From: Macrostomum hystrix
Taxonomy: Eukaryota; Animalia; Platyhelminthes
Length of the DNA stretch: 64,000 bases
Direction of reading: 5' to 3'
Assembly (NCBI GenBank): GCA_950097015.1
Contig: CATNEN010000038.1
Location: 26,412,001-26,476,000 of the forward strand
The number at the start of each line of letters is the position of its first letter. Within the stretch, counting starts at the first letter, position 1. A model generated the notes under the pieces. The model was not told where the DNA came from and did not search any database. It saw only the letters and a list, made by a program, of their open reading frames with translations. A program made the position numbers and the translations under genes. Shown one piece after another: positions 1 through 12,152 of the stretch.

Positions 1-310
1 GGAGTTTGAGTCGTTTAGTGATTCGAATCTCAACCAAAACCGAGACAATATTTTGTCGTATTTTATATCTTAGATATTCTGGTGTTATTTAAAAGTACTT
101 TTTGCGTAACGAACTCTTTAAAAATCTGCCTGTCATTCTCTTAGGTAGGTGTGATCTACTAGGCGAGCTGTGAATTCTCTTATCTATTTCTGTGCGATGA
201 CTCACGCAGACTCACTCTTAATTCGTCAGCCGATTTTGTTACTTGTTCGCATTCGTCTACTATGAGTAGAAATGAAAGAAAATTATTTTCCTGTTGAATT
301 ACTGTGGCAG

Positions 311-1293
311 GTGGCCTTTCTGCTGGCCTGCCAAACCTACGAGGGCGGCTTCGGCCAGCGGCCTGGCTCCGAGGCCCACGGCGGCTCCACCTTCTGCGCT
401 GTGGCCTCCTTGAAGCTCATGGGCCGTCTTGATGTCGCCCTGCCAGCCAATGGTGCGTTGGGTTGTGTTCTCACTCAATCCTTGAATTCATCCCAATCCC
501 TCAGTATTTATCCCATCTAAAATTTTCCCAATCCCTTAGTATTTATCCCATCTGAAATTTTCCACTTCCTCCGTATTTATCCCATCTAGAATGTTTAAAA
601 AATTCTTCCGTATTTATCATATCTAGAATTTTCCCAATTCTTCCGTATTTACCCATCTAGAATTTTCCCAATTCTTCCGTATTTACCCATCTAGAATTTT
701 CCCAATTCTTCCGTATTTACCCATCTAGAATTTATCTTAAGTCCGCTGTATTTATCCCATCTTTAATCTTCCTAATCCGTCTGTAAGTATCCCAGTTTTT
801 TTAATCCGTCTGTTATTATCCCATTTTAAGTTTTCCCCAATCCCTCCGTATTTATCCCGTCTCCATCTCCGCAGGCAGTCGGCGGTGCCGCCTAATCAGA
901 TGGCTCTGCTGGCGCCAATGCCGGGGCTTCCACGGCCGGCCCTACAAAGACGATGACTCGTGCTACACATTCTGGGTCGGCGCCACCCTGGCCTCGCTGG
1001 GCCTTGCCGAACTGATCAACCGGCCGGCCCTGCTAGGCTTCGTTGGCGAATGCTTCAACAGCCTGGAGGGCGGCTTCTCCAAGTATCCGGGCGATTCGGC
1101 GGATCCTTTGCACACCTACCTGGCCCTGGCTGGCCTGGCCGCGCTCCGATTGGACGACCGAAGCGGCTGTTCTGGACTCGAACCGATCCGACCCGAGGCC
1201 AACATCACGGAGCGAGCTCACCTGCACATGCTGGGACTGCACCGGACTGCTGCTGCTGCTGCTACTAGTCAATCACAGAAAGCTGTTAAATAG
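311..1293 (+). CDS. PGGT1B: Geranylgeranyltransferase type-I beta subunit, 3' exons (311-452, 875-1293); the 5' part lies outside the window or was not identified
   Basis: The spliced translation contains CQTYEGGFGQRPGSEAHGGSTFCAVASLKLMG, GFHGRPYKDDDSCYTFWVGATL and GGFSKYPGDSADPLHTYLALAGL, which are prenyltransferase repeats with the Zn ligands DxC...H. HGGSTFC and FWVGATL match GGTase-I beta better than FTase or RabGGTase beta. Splice sites are cag|311, 452|gtgcgt and gcag|875; stop at 1291-1293; AATAAA at 2031. Confidence 0.85.
482..860. repeat. Degenerate 34-bp minisatellite filling the PGGT1B intron
   Basis: Unit ATCTAGAATTTTCCCAATTCTTCCGTATTTACCC. Confidence 0.85.
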
Positions 1294-2209
1294 AAAATTT
1301 TGACTTTACTTTGCTACAACTCTCAAAAAATAGTCTGCCTCACGTACTTAACGGAATGAATCGGGCGAAAATTGCTTAATTTTCGAAACATATCGGGTAG
1401 CTACTAAAAAACGAAGGTTTTTTTAACTCTGATATCAAACTTATTTTTCGATACATATCGGGTGCATCTAACTTACATGTACCCGATTAGCTATTAAAGC
1501 AACGTGTTTTTTAGTTTAGATATCGGATTACTTTTTCTTCGATACATATCGGGTACATCTAACTATTAGCAACTAAAATACTCGTTTCTTTAGGTTTGAT
1601 ACCAAATTACTTTTTTCGACACATATCGGATACATCGATCTGATAAGAATTGGCTACTTAAATAAATGGGGTTTTGTAGTTTTGATATGGAATGATTCAT
1701 TATTTCGATACATATCGTATTCCGTGTTAATCCGATAAAAAAACAAAGATGACCCTCTAATTGTTATTAGAAATTAAAAAATTGCCAATAGAATACAAAG
1801 CGCATTACCACTTGTCTCGTGGCTATCTTTCCAATCATTTAAGTACTCAAGAGTGGAAAGTGCATGATTTTAAGTCTATTTTATGGTCTTATTAACTTCA
1901 TGCTTTGTTTGCTTCCCTGCAGTTAGAATGCTTCTCATTTTTCTGTTACTGCTAATTGGTACCAAAATCTATCGATATTAAATGCGCATCTGCGTTTTGC
2001 AAGACTTTAATAACAACTTTACCTTTCACCAATAAAGTTTTACGAGCTGTCCTGTCTTGCACGTAGAAAAAATTAAATTCGTTCTGCAAAATGTTCCCTT
2101 TCTGAGCTTACCAACGCTTGAAAACTTACCGGAATTATTAAATTCAGTTTTTTTGTTTTAACTTCTCAAATGGGCACAGTGGGTGTGAAAAAGTGAGGAG
2201 AGGGAAGGG

Positions 2210-3722
2210 ACTCGGAGATAAAGAGGAGAGAATTGGGAGATGAAGAGGGGAGAGAATTGGGAGACGGAGAGGGGAGAGAATTGGGAGATGAAGAGTGGGA
2301 GAGAATTGGGAGACGGAGAGTGAAATGAAGAGGGGAGAGAATTGGTAGATTAAGAGGGGAGAGAATTGGGAGACGGAGAGGGGAGAAAATTGGGAGACGG
2401 AGAGGGGAGAGAATTAGGAGACGGAGAGGGGAGAGAATTAGGAGACGGAGAGGGGAGAGAATTAGGAGATGGAGAGGGGAGAGAATTGGGAGATGGAGAG
2501 GGGAGAGAATTAGGAGATGGAGAGGGGAGAGAATTGGGAGACGGAGAGGGGAGAGAATTAGGAGATGGAGAGGGGAGAGAATTGGGAGACGGAGAGGGGA
2601 GAGAATTAGGAGATGGAGAGGGGAGAGAATTAGGAGATGGAGAGGGGAGAGAATTAGGAGATGGAGAGGGGAGAGAATTGGGAGATGGAGAGGGGAGAGA
2701 ATTAGGAGATGGAGAGGGGAGAGAATTAGGAGATGGAGAGGGGAGAGAATTAGGAGATGGAAAGGGGAGAGAATTGGGAGACGGAGAGGGGAGAGAATTA
2801 GGAGATGGAGAGGGGAGAGAATTAGGAGACGGAGAGGGAAGAGAATTGGGAGATGGAGAGGGGAGAGAATTAGGACATGGAGAGGGGAGAGAATTAGGAG
2901 ATGGAGAGGGGAGAGAATTGGGAGACGGAGAGGGAAGAGAATTGGGAGATGGAGAGGGGAGAGAATTAGGAGATGGAGAGGGGAGAGAATTGGGAGACGG
3001 AGAGGGAAGAGAATTGGGAGATGGAGAGGGGAGAGAATTAGGAGATGGAGAGGGGAGAGAATTGGGAGATGGAGAGGGGAGAGAATTGGGAGACGGAGAG
3101 GGGAGAGAATTGGGAGACGGAGAGGGGAGAGAATTGGGAGACGGAGAGGGAAGAGAATTGGGAGATGGAGAGGGGAGAGAATTAGGAGATGGAGAGGGGA
3201 GAGAATTGGGAGACGGAGAGGGAAGAGAATTGGGTGATGGAGAGGGGAGAGAATTGGGAGATGGAGAGGGGAGAGAATTGGGAGATGGAGAGGGGAGAGA
3301 ATTGGGAGACGGAGAGGGGAGAGAATTGGGAGACGGAGAGGGGAGAGAATTGGGAGACGGTGAGGGGAGAGAATTGGGAGATTAAGAGGGGAGAGAATTG
3401 GGAGACGGTGAGGGGAGAGAATTGGGAGACGGAGAGGGGAGAGAATTAGGAGATGGAGAGGGGAGAGAATTAGGAGATGGAGAGGGGAGAGAATTAGGAG
3501 ATGGAGAGGGGAGAGAATTAGGAGATGGAGAGGGGAGAGAATTAGGAGATGGAGAGGGGAGAGAATTGGGAGACGGAGAGGGGAGAGAATTGGGAGACGG
3601 AGAGGGAAGAGAATTAGGAGATGGAGAGGGGAGAGAACTGGGAGACGGAGAGGGGAGAGAATTGGGAGACGGAGAGGGGAGAGAACTGGGAGACGGGATG
3701 GGGAGAGGTTCGGGAGACGGAG
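2210..3722. repeat. 24-bp purine-rich minisatellite
   Basis: (GGAGAYGGAGAGGGGAGAGAATTR)n. Confidence 0.97.
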
Positions 3723-4395
3723 AATGTAGGGACAGTCAGAGTCGCAGGGTAATTAATAAAACTAATTAGATGATAGTCCAAATAATTTTGAGTGTGAAAT
3801 TACATTCGCTTAGTTTTCTGCTCGTCTATAGTCGCTGAGTTTCTATCTATTTATTCTGTCTAATAAATACTGGCTTTTTAAGTTTCTGTCAAGAGGAAAG
3901 TTTGGGCAGCCACAAAGCGTAGAACAAAATAAAGTTATTAGCGATAGCATCAGCAAGGTGTATAGAATTATGGCCTTCTCTAACGTGTGTTCTATCTAAA
4001 TATCTAAGCCAGCAGATTTTGGTTGCCTAGCCGTTTCTGCCTGTGGCCCTGATTGCGCAACCATTCAAGCATGACCAGCATGCTGTCACCTTGCAGGCCT
4101 GGTCGGACCCATTGGTTTCAGCGGTGACGTAACACAGGAAAGCAACGTTTGGAACAAAGTGTTGAATTTCGACTATAGGGTCCGGTTGTTGTTGAAGAAA
4201 CTAAAAATAATTGGTCCAGTGTTGACTAATTAGATCATTCTTGCTTTGTGAGCCAAATGCATTCAGAAGAAATAGCTTTTGTGTGTGAACTTGAGTCCAT
4301 TAGTCAGCTTCACGTTGGTTGGAGCACAAAGACGTTACGTGATAGGTATTGACTTTAGTAAGTGAGACGGCTATCCATTTAAAATGGTTATATTG

Positions 4396-4790
4396 AGTAT
4401 AAATGGACAGTGATTGGAGATTGGTGGATTAAAAAGGATTGGATATAAATGGACAGTGATTGGAGATTGGTGGATTAGAAAGGATTGGATATAAATGGAC
4501 AGTGATTGGAGATTGGTGGATTAGAAAGGATTGGATATAGATGGACAGGGATTGGAGATTGGTGGATTAGAAAGGATTGGATATAGATGGACAGTGATTG
4601 GAGATTGGTGGATTAGAAAGTATTGGATATAGATGGACAGGGATTGGAGATTGGTGGATTAGAAAGGATTGGATATAGATGGACAGTGATTGGAGATAGG
4701 TGAATTAGAAAGGATTGGATGGTCATTGACAGGAATTGGAAATTGATGGTCAGGTATTGGAAATAGATGGCCAGGTATTGGAAATAGATG
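4396..4790. repeat. 46-bp minisatellite
   Basis: AGGATTGGATATAGATGGACAGTGATTGGAGATTGGTGGATTAGAA. Confidence 0.92.
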
Positions 4791-5179
4791 TAAAGTATCA
4801 TTGACCACCACTGGAGTGTTTGCCCATAAACATTGGTCAGAAAGCAGAAGAAACAAAGACAATATTTTGCCGACTATCATGTTTACCATGATTACAAACC
4901 ATGTTTACAACGGCCCCAGGTGTCCCTATGCCTTTACCTTGGCTTGCCCCTAACACTGTCCTTAGCTAGCTCTTTGTGGCCCATCAGTCACCTCATCGGG
5001 TCTCGTCTGCCGCGTCTCCCGGACGTTTTTATATTGATCGATCGATATTTTGTTGAATTGAATACATAACCCCCATTCTAGGGCCCTTTCATATTATCTA
5101 AGCCAAGTCTAGCCTATATTAGACAATAATAATAGGGATGGTTCCCGCTGGCTTTAGTTTAAGGCTAGACAGCCCGGGG

Positions 5180-5345
5180 TTGCGTAAAAATGTTCAAGTT
5201 GCGTAATAATAGGCTTTTGTGCGTGCCGAATGAGTGAGTGCGGAGGACACCCTCCGGCCCTGTCCTCGGGGGTAGGGTATAGTAGGGTCAGCACTGCCGG
5301 ATCACGTGGTTTCGGCTGTGGCCTGGCTTGCGATTACGTAATCGC
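5180..5345 (+). promoter_or_regulatory. Putative RAR upstream regulatory cluster: TTGCGTAA x2 (5180, 5199), GGGTCA half-site (5285), E-box CACGTG (5303), perfect 16-bp palindrome GCGATTACGTAATCGC (5330-5345)
   Basis: Motifs read directly in a GC/CpG-rich stretch about 500 bp upstream of the ATG. Function is inferred from known bZIP, bHLH and nuclear-receptor consensus sites. Confidence 0.35.
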
Positions 5346-5807
5346 TCACGCACACAGCAAAACACCGCCAAGAAGGCTTTCAATTCAATTCAAAACCGGG
5401 CCTAGCTAGGGAGAGGGAATGCAGAAGATTCTCCACTCGCCCTCTCGCCTGCAACCCCTCTCCTCCCTGTTCCATCTCATCCCTATTCCCCCCTATACCG
5501 AAGCCTTACTTATTATAATACGCAACGAACCTCGTCCAATTTCATCCCGAGGGTCCGAACCCAGGGTTCGCAGTGGACGAGAGGCACGGCGGAGGTTGGG
5601 ATGGTCGCGCTGTGGCGTAAGACGGGCAACGTAGGTCTAATATAATGGAGACTAGATTTTGGGCTAGTGAGTCAGTCGCTGTCTACAACTAAGCCTGAGA
5701 ATTATAAATAGTTAATAACTAAATAAAGCATTACTTCTGTTGCAAAAGCCAATAGCGTTATGGCTGATCCCACGTGAACTAAATAATTAGTATTTGTTCT
5801 TGAAGGC

Positions 5808-8800
5808 ATGAATCTCGGGGACGAAGCAGCTGCTGAGTCCGGTCGAGATCTGATTGGCATCATCCTGCCGATTGATAACGCCGAGACAATGGACCTGATC
5901 TGTAGTCTGGAGCAAGAAATCTTCTGCTCAACTGCCGGTGACGAAGACTTCGACGCCAGAGCTGCAGCCGCGAGCTTTGTTGTCTCGCCTGAGTCGTCGG
6001 AGGGTGATCCGGACATTGTCATTCAGCAACAACAGCAGCAGCAGCAGTACAGGGCTACAACCATCACTCTGTTAAAAGTAGAGCCAAACCAGATGATCAA
6101 GGAGGAAAGTGACACAGTAACTGCAATTAAAAACAGCGACGATAATGTTTGCAATAATAACAATAATAACAATGACGAGAACACAGCCGATATGGACTTG
6201 ACACCGCCGAGAGTCTACAAGCCGTGCGTGGTCTGCGGCGACAAGAGCTCCGGCTATCACTACGGTGTCAGCTCGTGCGAGGGCTGCAAGGTGAGCTGCT
6301 AGAATGCCTGTCATTGGATGAGACGTGTAATGACCAATCTGTCAGCGTTGCTTGAAAGGTAATGACCGATCTGTCAGCGTTGCTTGAAAGGTAATGACCG
6401 ATCTGTCAGCGTTGCTTGAAAGGTAATGACCGATCTGTCAGCGTTGCTTGAAATGTAATGACCGATCTGTCAGCGTTGCTTGAAAGGTAATGACCGATCT
6501 GTCTGTGTAGCTTGAAGGGGTAATGACCGATCTGTCTCTGTAGCTTGAAGGGGTAATGACCGATCTGCCTGTGTAGCTTGAAGGGGTAATGACCGATCTG
6601 TGTGTGTAGCTTGAAGGGGTAATGACCGATCTGCCTGTGTAGCTTGAAAGGTAATGACCGATCTGTGTGTGTAGCTTGAAGGGGTAATGACCGATCTGTC
6701 AGCGTAGCTTGAAAGGTAATGACCGATCTGTGTGTGTAGCTTGAAGGGGTAATGACCGATCTGTCAGTGTAGCTTGAAGGGGTAATGACCGATCTGTCAG
6801 TGTAGCTTGAAGGGGTAATGACCGATCTGTCAGCGTAGCTTGAAGGGGTAATGACCGATCTGTCAGTGTAGCTTGAAGGGGTAATGACCGATCTGTCAGC
6901 GTAGCTTGAAAGGTAATGACCGATCTGTGTGTGTAGCTTGAAGGGGTAATGACCGATCTGCCTGTGTAGCTTGAAAGGTAATGACCGATCTGTGTGTGTA
7001 GCTTGAAGGGGTAATGACCGATCTGTCAGCGTAGCTTGAAAGGTAATGACCGATCTGTGTGTGTAGCTTGAAGGGGTAATGACCGATCTGTCAGTGTAGC
7101 TTGAAGGGGTAATGACCGATCTGTCTGTGTAGCTTGAAGGGGTAATGACCGATCTGTCTGTGTAGCTTGAAGGGGTAATGACCGATCTGTGTGTGTAGCT
7201 TGAAGGGGTAATGACCGATCTGTCTGTGTAGCTTGAAGGGGTAATGACCAATCTGTCTGTGTAGCTTGAAGGGGTAATGACCGATCTGTCAGTGTAGCTT
7301 GAAGGGGTAATGACCGATCTGTCTGTGTAGCTTGAAGGGGTAATGACCGATCTGTCTGTGTAGCTTGAAGGGGTAATGACCGATCTGTCTGTGTAGCTTG
7401 AAGGGGTAATGACCGATCTGTCTGTGTAGCTTGAAGGGGTAATGACCGATCTGTCTGTGTAGCTTGAAGGGGTAATGACCGATCTGTCTGTGTAGCTTGA
7501 AGGGGTAATGACCGATCTGTCTGTGTAGCTTGAAGGGGTAATGACCGATCTGTCTGTGTAGCTTGAAGGGGTAATGACCGATCTGTCTGTGTAGCTTGAA
7601 GGGGTAATGACCGATCTGTCTGTGTAGCTTGAAGGGGTAATGACCGATCTGTCTGTGTAGCTTGAAGGGGTAATGACCGATCTGTCTGTGTAGCTTGAAG
7701 GGGTAATGACCGATCTGTCTGTGTAGCTTGAAGGGGTAATGACCGATCTGTCTGTGTAGCTGCAAGGGGTAATGACCGATCTGTCTGTGTAGCTTGAAGG
7801 GGTAATGACCGATCTGTCTGTGTAGCTGCAAGGGGTAATGACCGATCGGTCTGTGTAGCTGCAAGGGGTGATGACTAATCTTTAATCATGGCTTGATATT
7901 TTAACAACAGATCTTTCAAAATAGCTTAAAGGCGTCCTGAAACAATGCAAATAATGGCTTTAGCTAGTAGGACAAGCCGCTGATAAAGCATGGAACGCCA
8001 TCATACGTCTGTCCTGCAGGGCTTTTTTCGTCGCAGCATTCAGAAGAGCCTTGTGTACACCTGCCAGAAGTCTGAGAGCTGCGAGATCACCCGACAGACG
8101 CGCAATCGCTGCCAGTCATGCAGGCTGAAGAAGTGCTTGGCCGGTGGAATGTCGCGGGAGGCTGTGCGCACCGACGCTAGTTCCGTTGCCAAGGCGACAA
8201 TGCCGGCTATTCAGCAGCAGCAGCAGCAGCAGCAGGAGCAGACTAAGCTTCTATCGGAGTCTGACAGCAATCTACTAGACTCTTTAAGTAGGGCTTACTC
8301 GGAGCTTTTGGACCGGAGAAAATTGAACAGTTGGAAGTCCGAAGACAAGACAAGCGACGAGCAGAGCGCAACAGCTGCGGAGTCCGTGAAGACCACATTG
8401 ACGGACGACCTGTTCTCAGTGCGTCAGAAATACGTTTAAAAAATTGCCTTTTTACTTTTTTCCAGCCTGACATACGCTTAGAACGCTACTAAAAGTAGTG
8501 TCAAAGACTTTGCAGATATTTAAAATTTAGGCTACTTCTCCGCTAATACTGCTAATTATTAAGCAGTTTCTCTCACTCCCCTACAGTCTGTAGTAGGCTG
8601 TTTCTCTCACTCCCTACAGTCTGTAGTAGGCTGTTTCTCTCACTCCCTACAGTCTGTAGTAGGCTGTTTCTCTCACTCCCTACAGTCTGTAGTAGGCTGT
8701 TTCTCTCACTCCCTACAGTCTGTAGTAGGCTGTTTCTCTCACTCCCTACAGTCTGTAGTAGGCTGTTTCTCTCACTCCCTACAGTCTGTAGTAGGCTGTT

Positions 8801-10698
8801 TCTCTCACTCCCTACAGTCTGTAGTAGGCTGTTTCTCAGTCTGTCATATCTCGCAGCAAATCTTTCACATCCGCCCCAAACTATGCCAGGTGGCGTCAGT
8901 GCAGCGGGTCATTGCCTTCGCGCGAGTCCTGCCAGAATTCTCCAGCCTATTACCTGAGGATCAGAGAACACTTCTCAAGTGCGCTATGCACGAAGTTCTA
9001 GTCCTTCAACTGGCGAGCTGCTACGACGCCTCTGAAGACCAATTTAAGTTATCCGATGGCCGTGGAGGCATTGGCGCCGCAGGCATGGAAGCGCTGGGAT
9101 TTCGGCACATTCTGCACAATCTGGCACAGATTGGCCGACGGCTGGCTAGGCACCGCCTGGAGTGCGCTGAGCTGGCACTGCTGGCAGGAGTGGCCATCTT
9201 CGCTGACGGTGAGTGCTGCTGCCTGTGTGTGTCTGCCTGTGTGTGTCTGCCTGTCTGTGTCTGCCTGTCTGTGTCTGCCTGTCTGTGTCTGCCTGTCTGT
9301 GTCTGCCTGTCTGTGTCTGCCTGTCTGTGTCTGCCTGTTTGTGTCTGCCTGTCTGTGTCTGCCTGTCTGTGTCTGCCTGTCTGTGTCTGCCTGTCTGTGT
9401 CTGCCTGTCTGTGTCTGCCTGTCTGTGTCTGCCTGTCTGTGTCTGCCTGTCTGTGTCTGCCTGTCTGTGTCTGCCTGTCTGTGTCTGCCTGTCTGTGTCT
9501 GCCTGTCTGTGTCTGCCTGTCTGTGTCTGCCTGTCTGTGTCTGCCTGTCTGTGTCTGCCTGTCTGTGTCTGCCTGTCTGTGTCTGCCTGTCTGTGTCTGC
9601 CTGTCTGTGTCTGCCTGTCTGTGTCTGCCTGTCTGTGTCTGCCTGTCTGTGTCTGCCTGTCTGTTCCTGCCTGTCTGTGTCTGCCTGTCTGTGTCTGCCT
9701 GTCTGTGTCTGCCTGTCTCTGTTTGTCGGATATACCAGTCACTGTCCGTCAGGCAAAATTTCGGTCTTGTGATTGTGTTATGTATTTCAAAGGTTCCATT
9801 TATTTTGACCCCGACTGACGCCGAAATCCTAGACCACATGGAGCTGAAGCAGCCAGAGCGAGTGTCCCAGTGCCAGCAGAGGATACTGGGCCTGCTGTTC
9901 CGCTACCTGAGGGCGACGCATCCCAATAACCGAATTAGACTCCCTCACATCATCTCAACTGTGGTGCAGCTCAGAGAGGTGTCAGTTAAAGGTGAGCTGG
10001 CTTGATTAGACTCATCTGCGGGAGATTCTAGAGGAGAGGGAAAATGTCGGGAGGGAGGGAAAGAGTCAGGGGGAGAGGGAAAGAGTCAGGGGGAGAGGAA
10101 GGGAGTCGCGGAGAGAGTCGGGGAGAGAGGAAGAGAGTCAGGGGTAAGGGAGAGAGGAAGAGAGTCAGGGGAAAGGGAGAGAGGAAGAGAGTCAGGGGAA
10201 AGGGAGAGAGGAAGAGAGTCAGGGGAAAGGGAGAGAGGAAGAGAGTCAGGGGAAAGGGAGAGAGGAAGAGAGTCAGGGGAAAGGGAGAGAGGAAGAGAGT
10301 CAGGGGAAAGGGAGAGAGGAAGAGAGTCAGGGGAAAGGGAGAGAGGAAGAGAGTCAGGGGAAAGGGAGAGAGGAAGAGAGTCAGGGGAAAGGGAGAGAGG
10401 AAGAGAGTCAGGGGAAAGGGAGAGAGGAAGAAAGTCAGGGAGAGAGGAAGAAAGTCAGGGAGAGAGGAAGAGGGTCAGGGAGAGAGGAAGAGAGTCAGGG
10501 GAAGTGGAAGAGAGTAAGAGGCAGAGAAAGAGAGTCAGTGGAGAGGCAACCGTGCAGCATGAAGTACAAGTTTCATCTTCCTGAACAACCTCAGGTTCCG
10601 GCAATGTTCTCCAGTTAAAGATGCAACATCAGGGTGGCGAGGTGCCGCCCCTGGTCGCCGAGATCATGGACCGAGAGGACGTGATTTCGTATCCATGA
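5808..10698 (+). CDS. RAR: Retinoic acid receptor (NR1B) orthologue; exons 5808-6290, 8020-8418, 8890-9208 (alternative in-frame acceptor at 8857), 9833-9991, 10595-10698
   Basis: The [32 protein letters not shown]|[15 protein letters not shown]...[23 protein letters not shown] is close to vertebrate RAR ([44 protein letters not shown]). The LBD ends LREVSVK|[26 protein letters not shown], compared with RAR [31 protein letters not shown]. All junctions are GT-AG and phase-compatible. Confidence 0.88.
6327..7880. repeat. 32/33-bp minisatellite filling RAR intron 1
   Basis: (GTAATGACCGATCTGTCTGTGTAGCTTGAAGGG)n. Confidence 0.97.
8566..8838. repeat. 33-bp minisatellite in RAR intron 2
   Basis: (GTTTCTCTCACTCCCTACAGTCTGTAGTAGGCT)n. 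Confidence 0.95.
9222..9720. repeat. 14-bp minisatellite in RAR intron 3
   Basis: (GTCTGCCTGTCTGT)n. Confidence 0.97.
10040..10545. repeat. 27-bp purine minisatellite in RAR intron 4
   Basis: (GGGAAAGGGAGAGAGGAAGAGAGTCAG)n. Confidence 0.95.
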
Positions 10699-12000
10699 GT
10701 CCGGATTGAGTTTTTTAGTGTCGTCGCATCACGGTTTTAATTCAACTGTTAGTTTTTGTACAGCGATCTGTATGTTATTTTTTCTGATTATTTTGCAGTG
10801 TTTTTACGTGTCCATTGCTGAACGCGCAGTATTATACCATAAACGGGAGTCACAGGAACTGATTTCGATTTGAACATTTTTCATTATGAATTCGATCCCT
10901 TGCTTCCATTTTCATGATTTTTGCTCAACTTTATCCGACCTCAAAATGTACTTTTCAGTACATTGTACATAACCGATTGCTTAAGGTTATCATTCAGGGA
11001 ACTTGTTTATAGACGCTAATTGCTTATTTTGAATTCTGCGTGCTATTATTTTCTTATATCTAGTTTCATTTCACAATGGGCTTGTGTTCATCGAGATGCA
11101 CACTCTTCGCTCCTCCACATTGAGTGCTTGAACAAAAATGTAAAATTTGTGTTGTTCGTGAGAAAGGCATGTCGTTTTTGACGACATTTTTGTAATAAAT
11201 CTGTGTTTTTGAATGTATTGAATTTTAATTTATGTTGCTTGTTTCTTATTTTGTAGAGAAAAATACAAATTTCATTGTCATTAAATTTTTGTTTAAATAT
11301 CTTGCGGTGTTGTACATTTTATGTGAATTATTATATTATTTCTTTTACTCAAGGTCATTAATCATTTGACTCCAATTAAAATGTCAGGTGACGCATTATT
11401 TACGCTTAGAACTCGTAATTTTGTATTAAGTGGCAGTTAAATATAGAAGTGGCATATTTTAGCAAACGATTTACTTTCCAAGAAATGCATTAACTGATTT
11501 CGTTCAGCTAATTGGTTAAGGATTTTTACTGCATCGAACTTATTTTTAACAAATTTTTAACGAATTTTTCGTACTCATCAAACGTTGAGACTGATTCCTC
11601 TAACCAGTTTTTTCTTTTTTTGCGAGACAAAATGCGATTCATAATAGCATTTGATGCAAAACTTACCGGTCAAATATCATATGTTTATTTTACATGTTGC
11701 TTTAAAATCATTGTTTTTTTGTCAAATAAGTTTATTTGTTTTATTTTTGTTTTCAGTTTTCCTAATAACTTTGATAAGCACGAACCTTGTGGCTCAAGTA
11801 AAAATTAATCGAAATACAATCGTTTTTTTAATAATACTCGTTTGACGATAAAGACCAAAGCTGTTGTCCTAGTTTTTTCTTAGGAATTAAAGAAAATTAA
11901 AGAAAATTATTTTGCTTGCATTGTATTCGACTAGAAAATTATTAAAAGATTTAATAATTTAATAATTGGGTGTCAAGAAGGCTGTGTGAATTTGAATTGA

Positions 12001-12152
12001 GGAAGGCAGTGAGGGGTCAGGAAGGAAGTGAGGTGTCAGGAAGGCAGTGGGGTGTCAGGAAGTCAGTGAGGTGTCAGGAAGGCAGTGGGGTGTCAGGAAG
12101 GCAGTGAGTTTTCGGAAGGCAGTGAGGTGTCAGCAAGTCAGTGAGGTTTCAG
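12001..12152. repeat. Short 20-bp array, same family as 14993-16520
   Basis: GGAAGGCAGTGAGGTGTCA variants. Confidence 0.9.

Noticed and set aside
2366-3769. Long (GDGEGREL)n ORFs
   Set aside because: Translation of a stop-free 24-bp minisatellite; starts at TTG, with no splice or domain support.
6327-7880. CRISPR-like appearance of the 32-34 bp repeats
   Set aside because: Head-to-tail units without unique spacers, no cas genes, eukaryotic intron context.
9209-9832. Cys-rich ([12 protein letters not shown])n insert in the 371-aa RAR ORF
   Set aside because: A GT-AG intron that happens to stay open; removing it restores the contiguous LBD.
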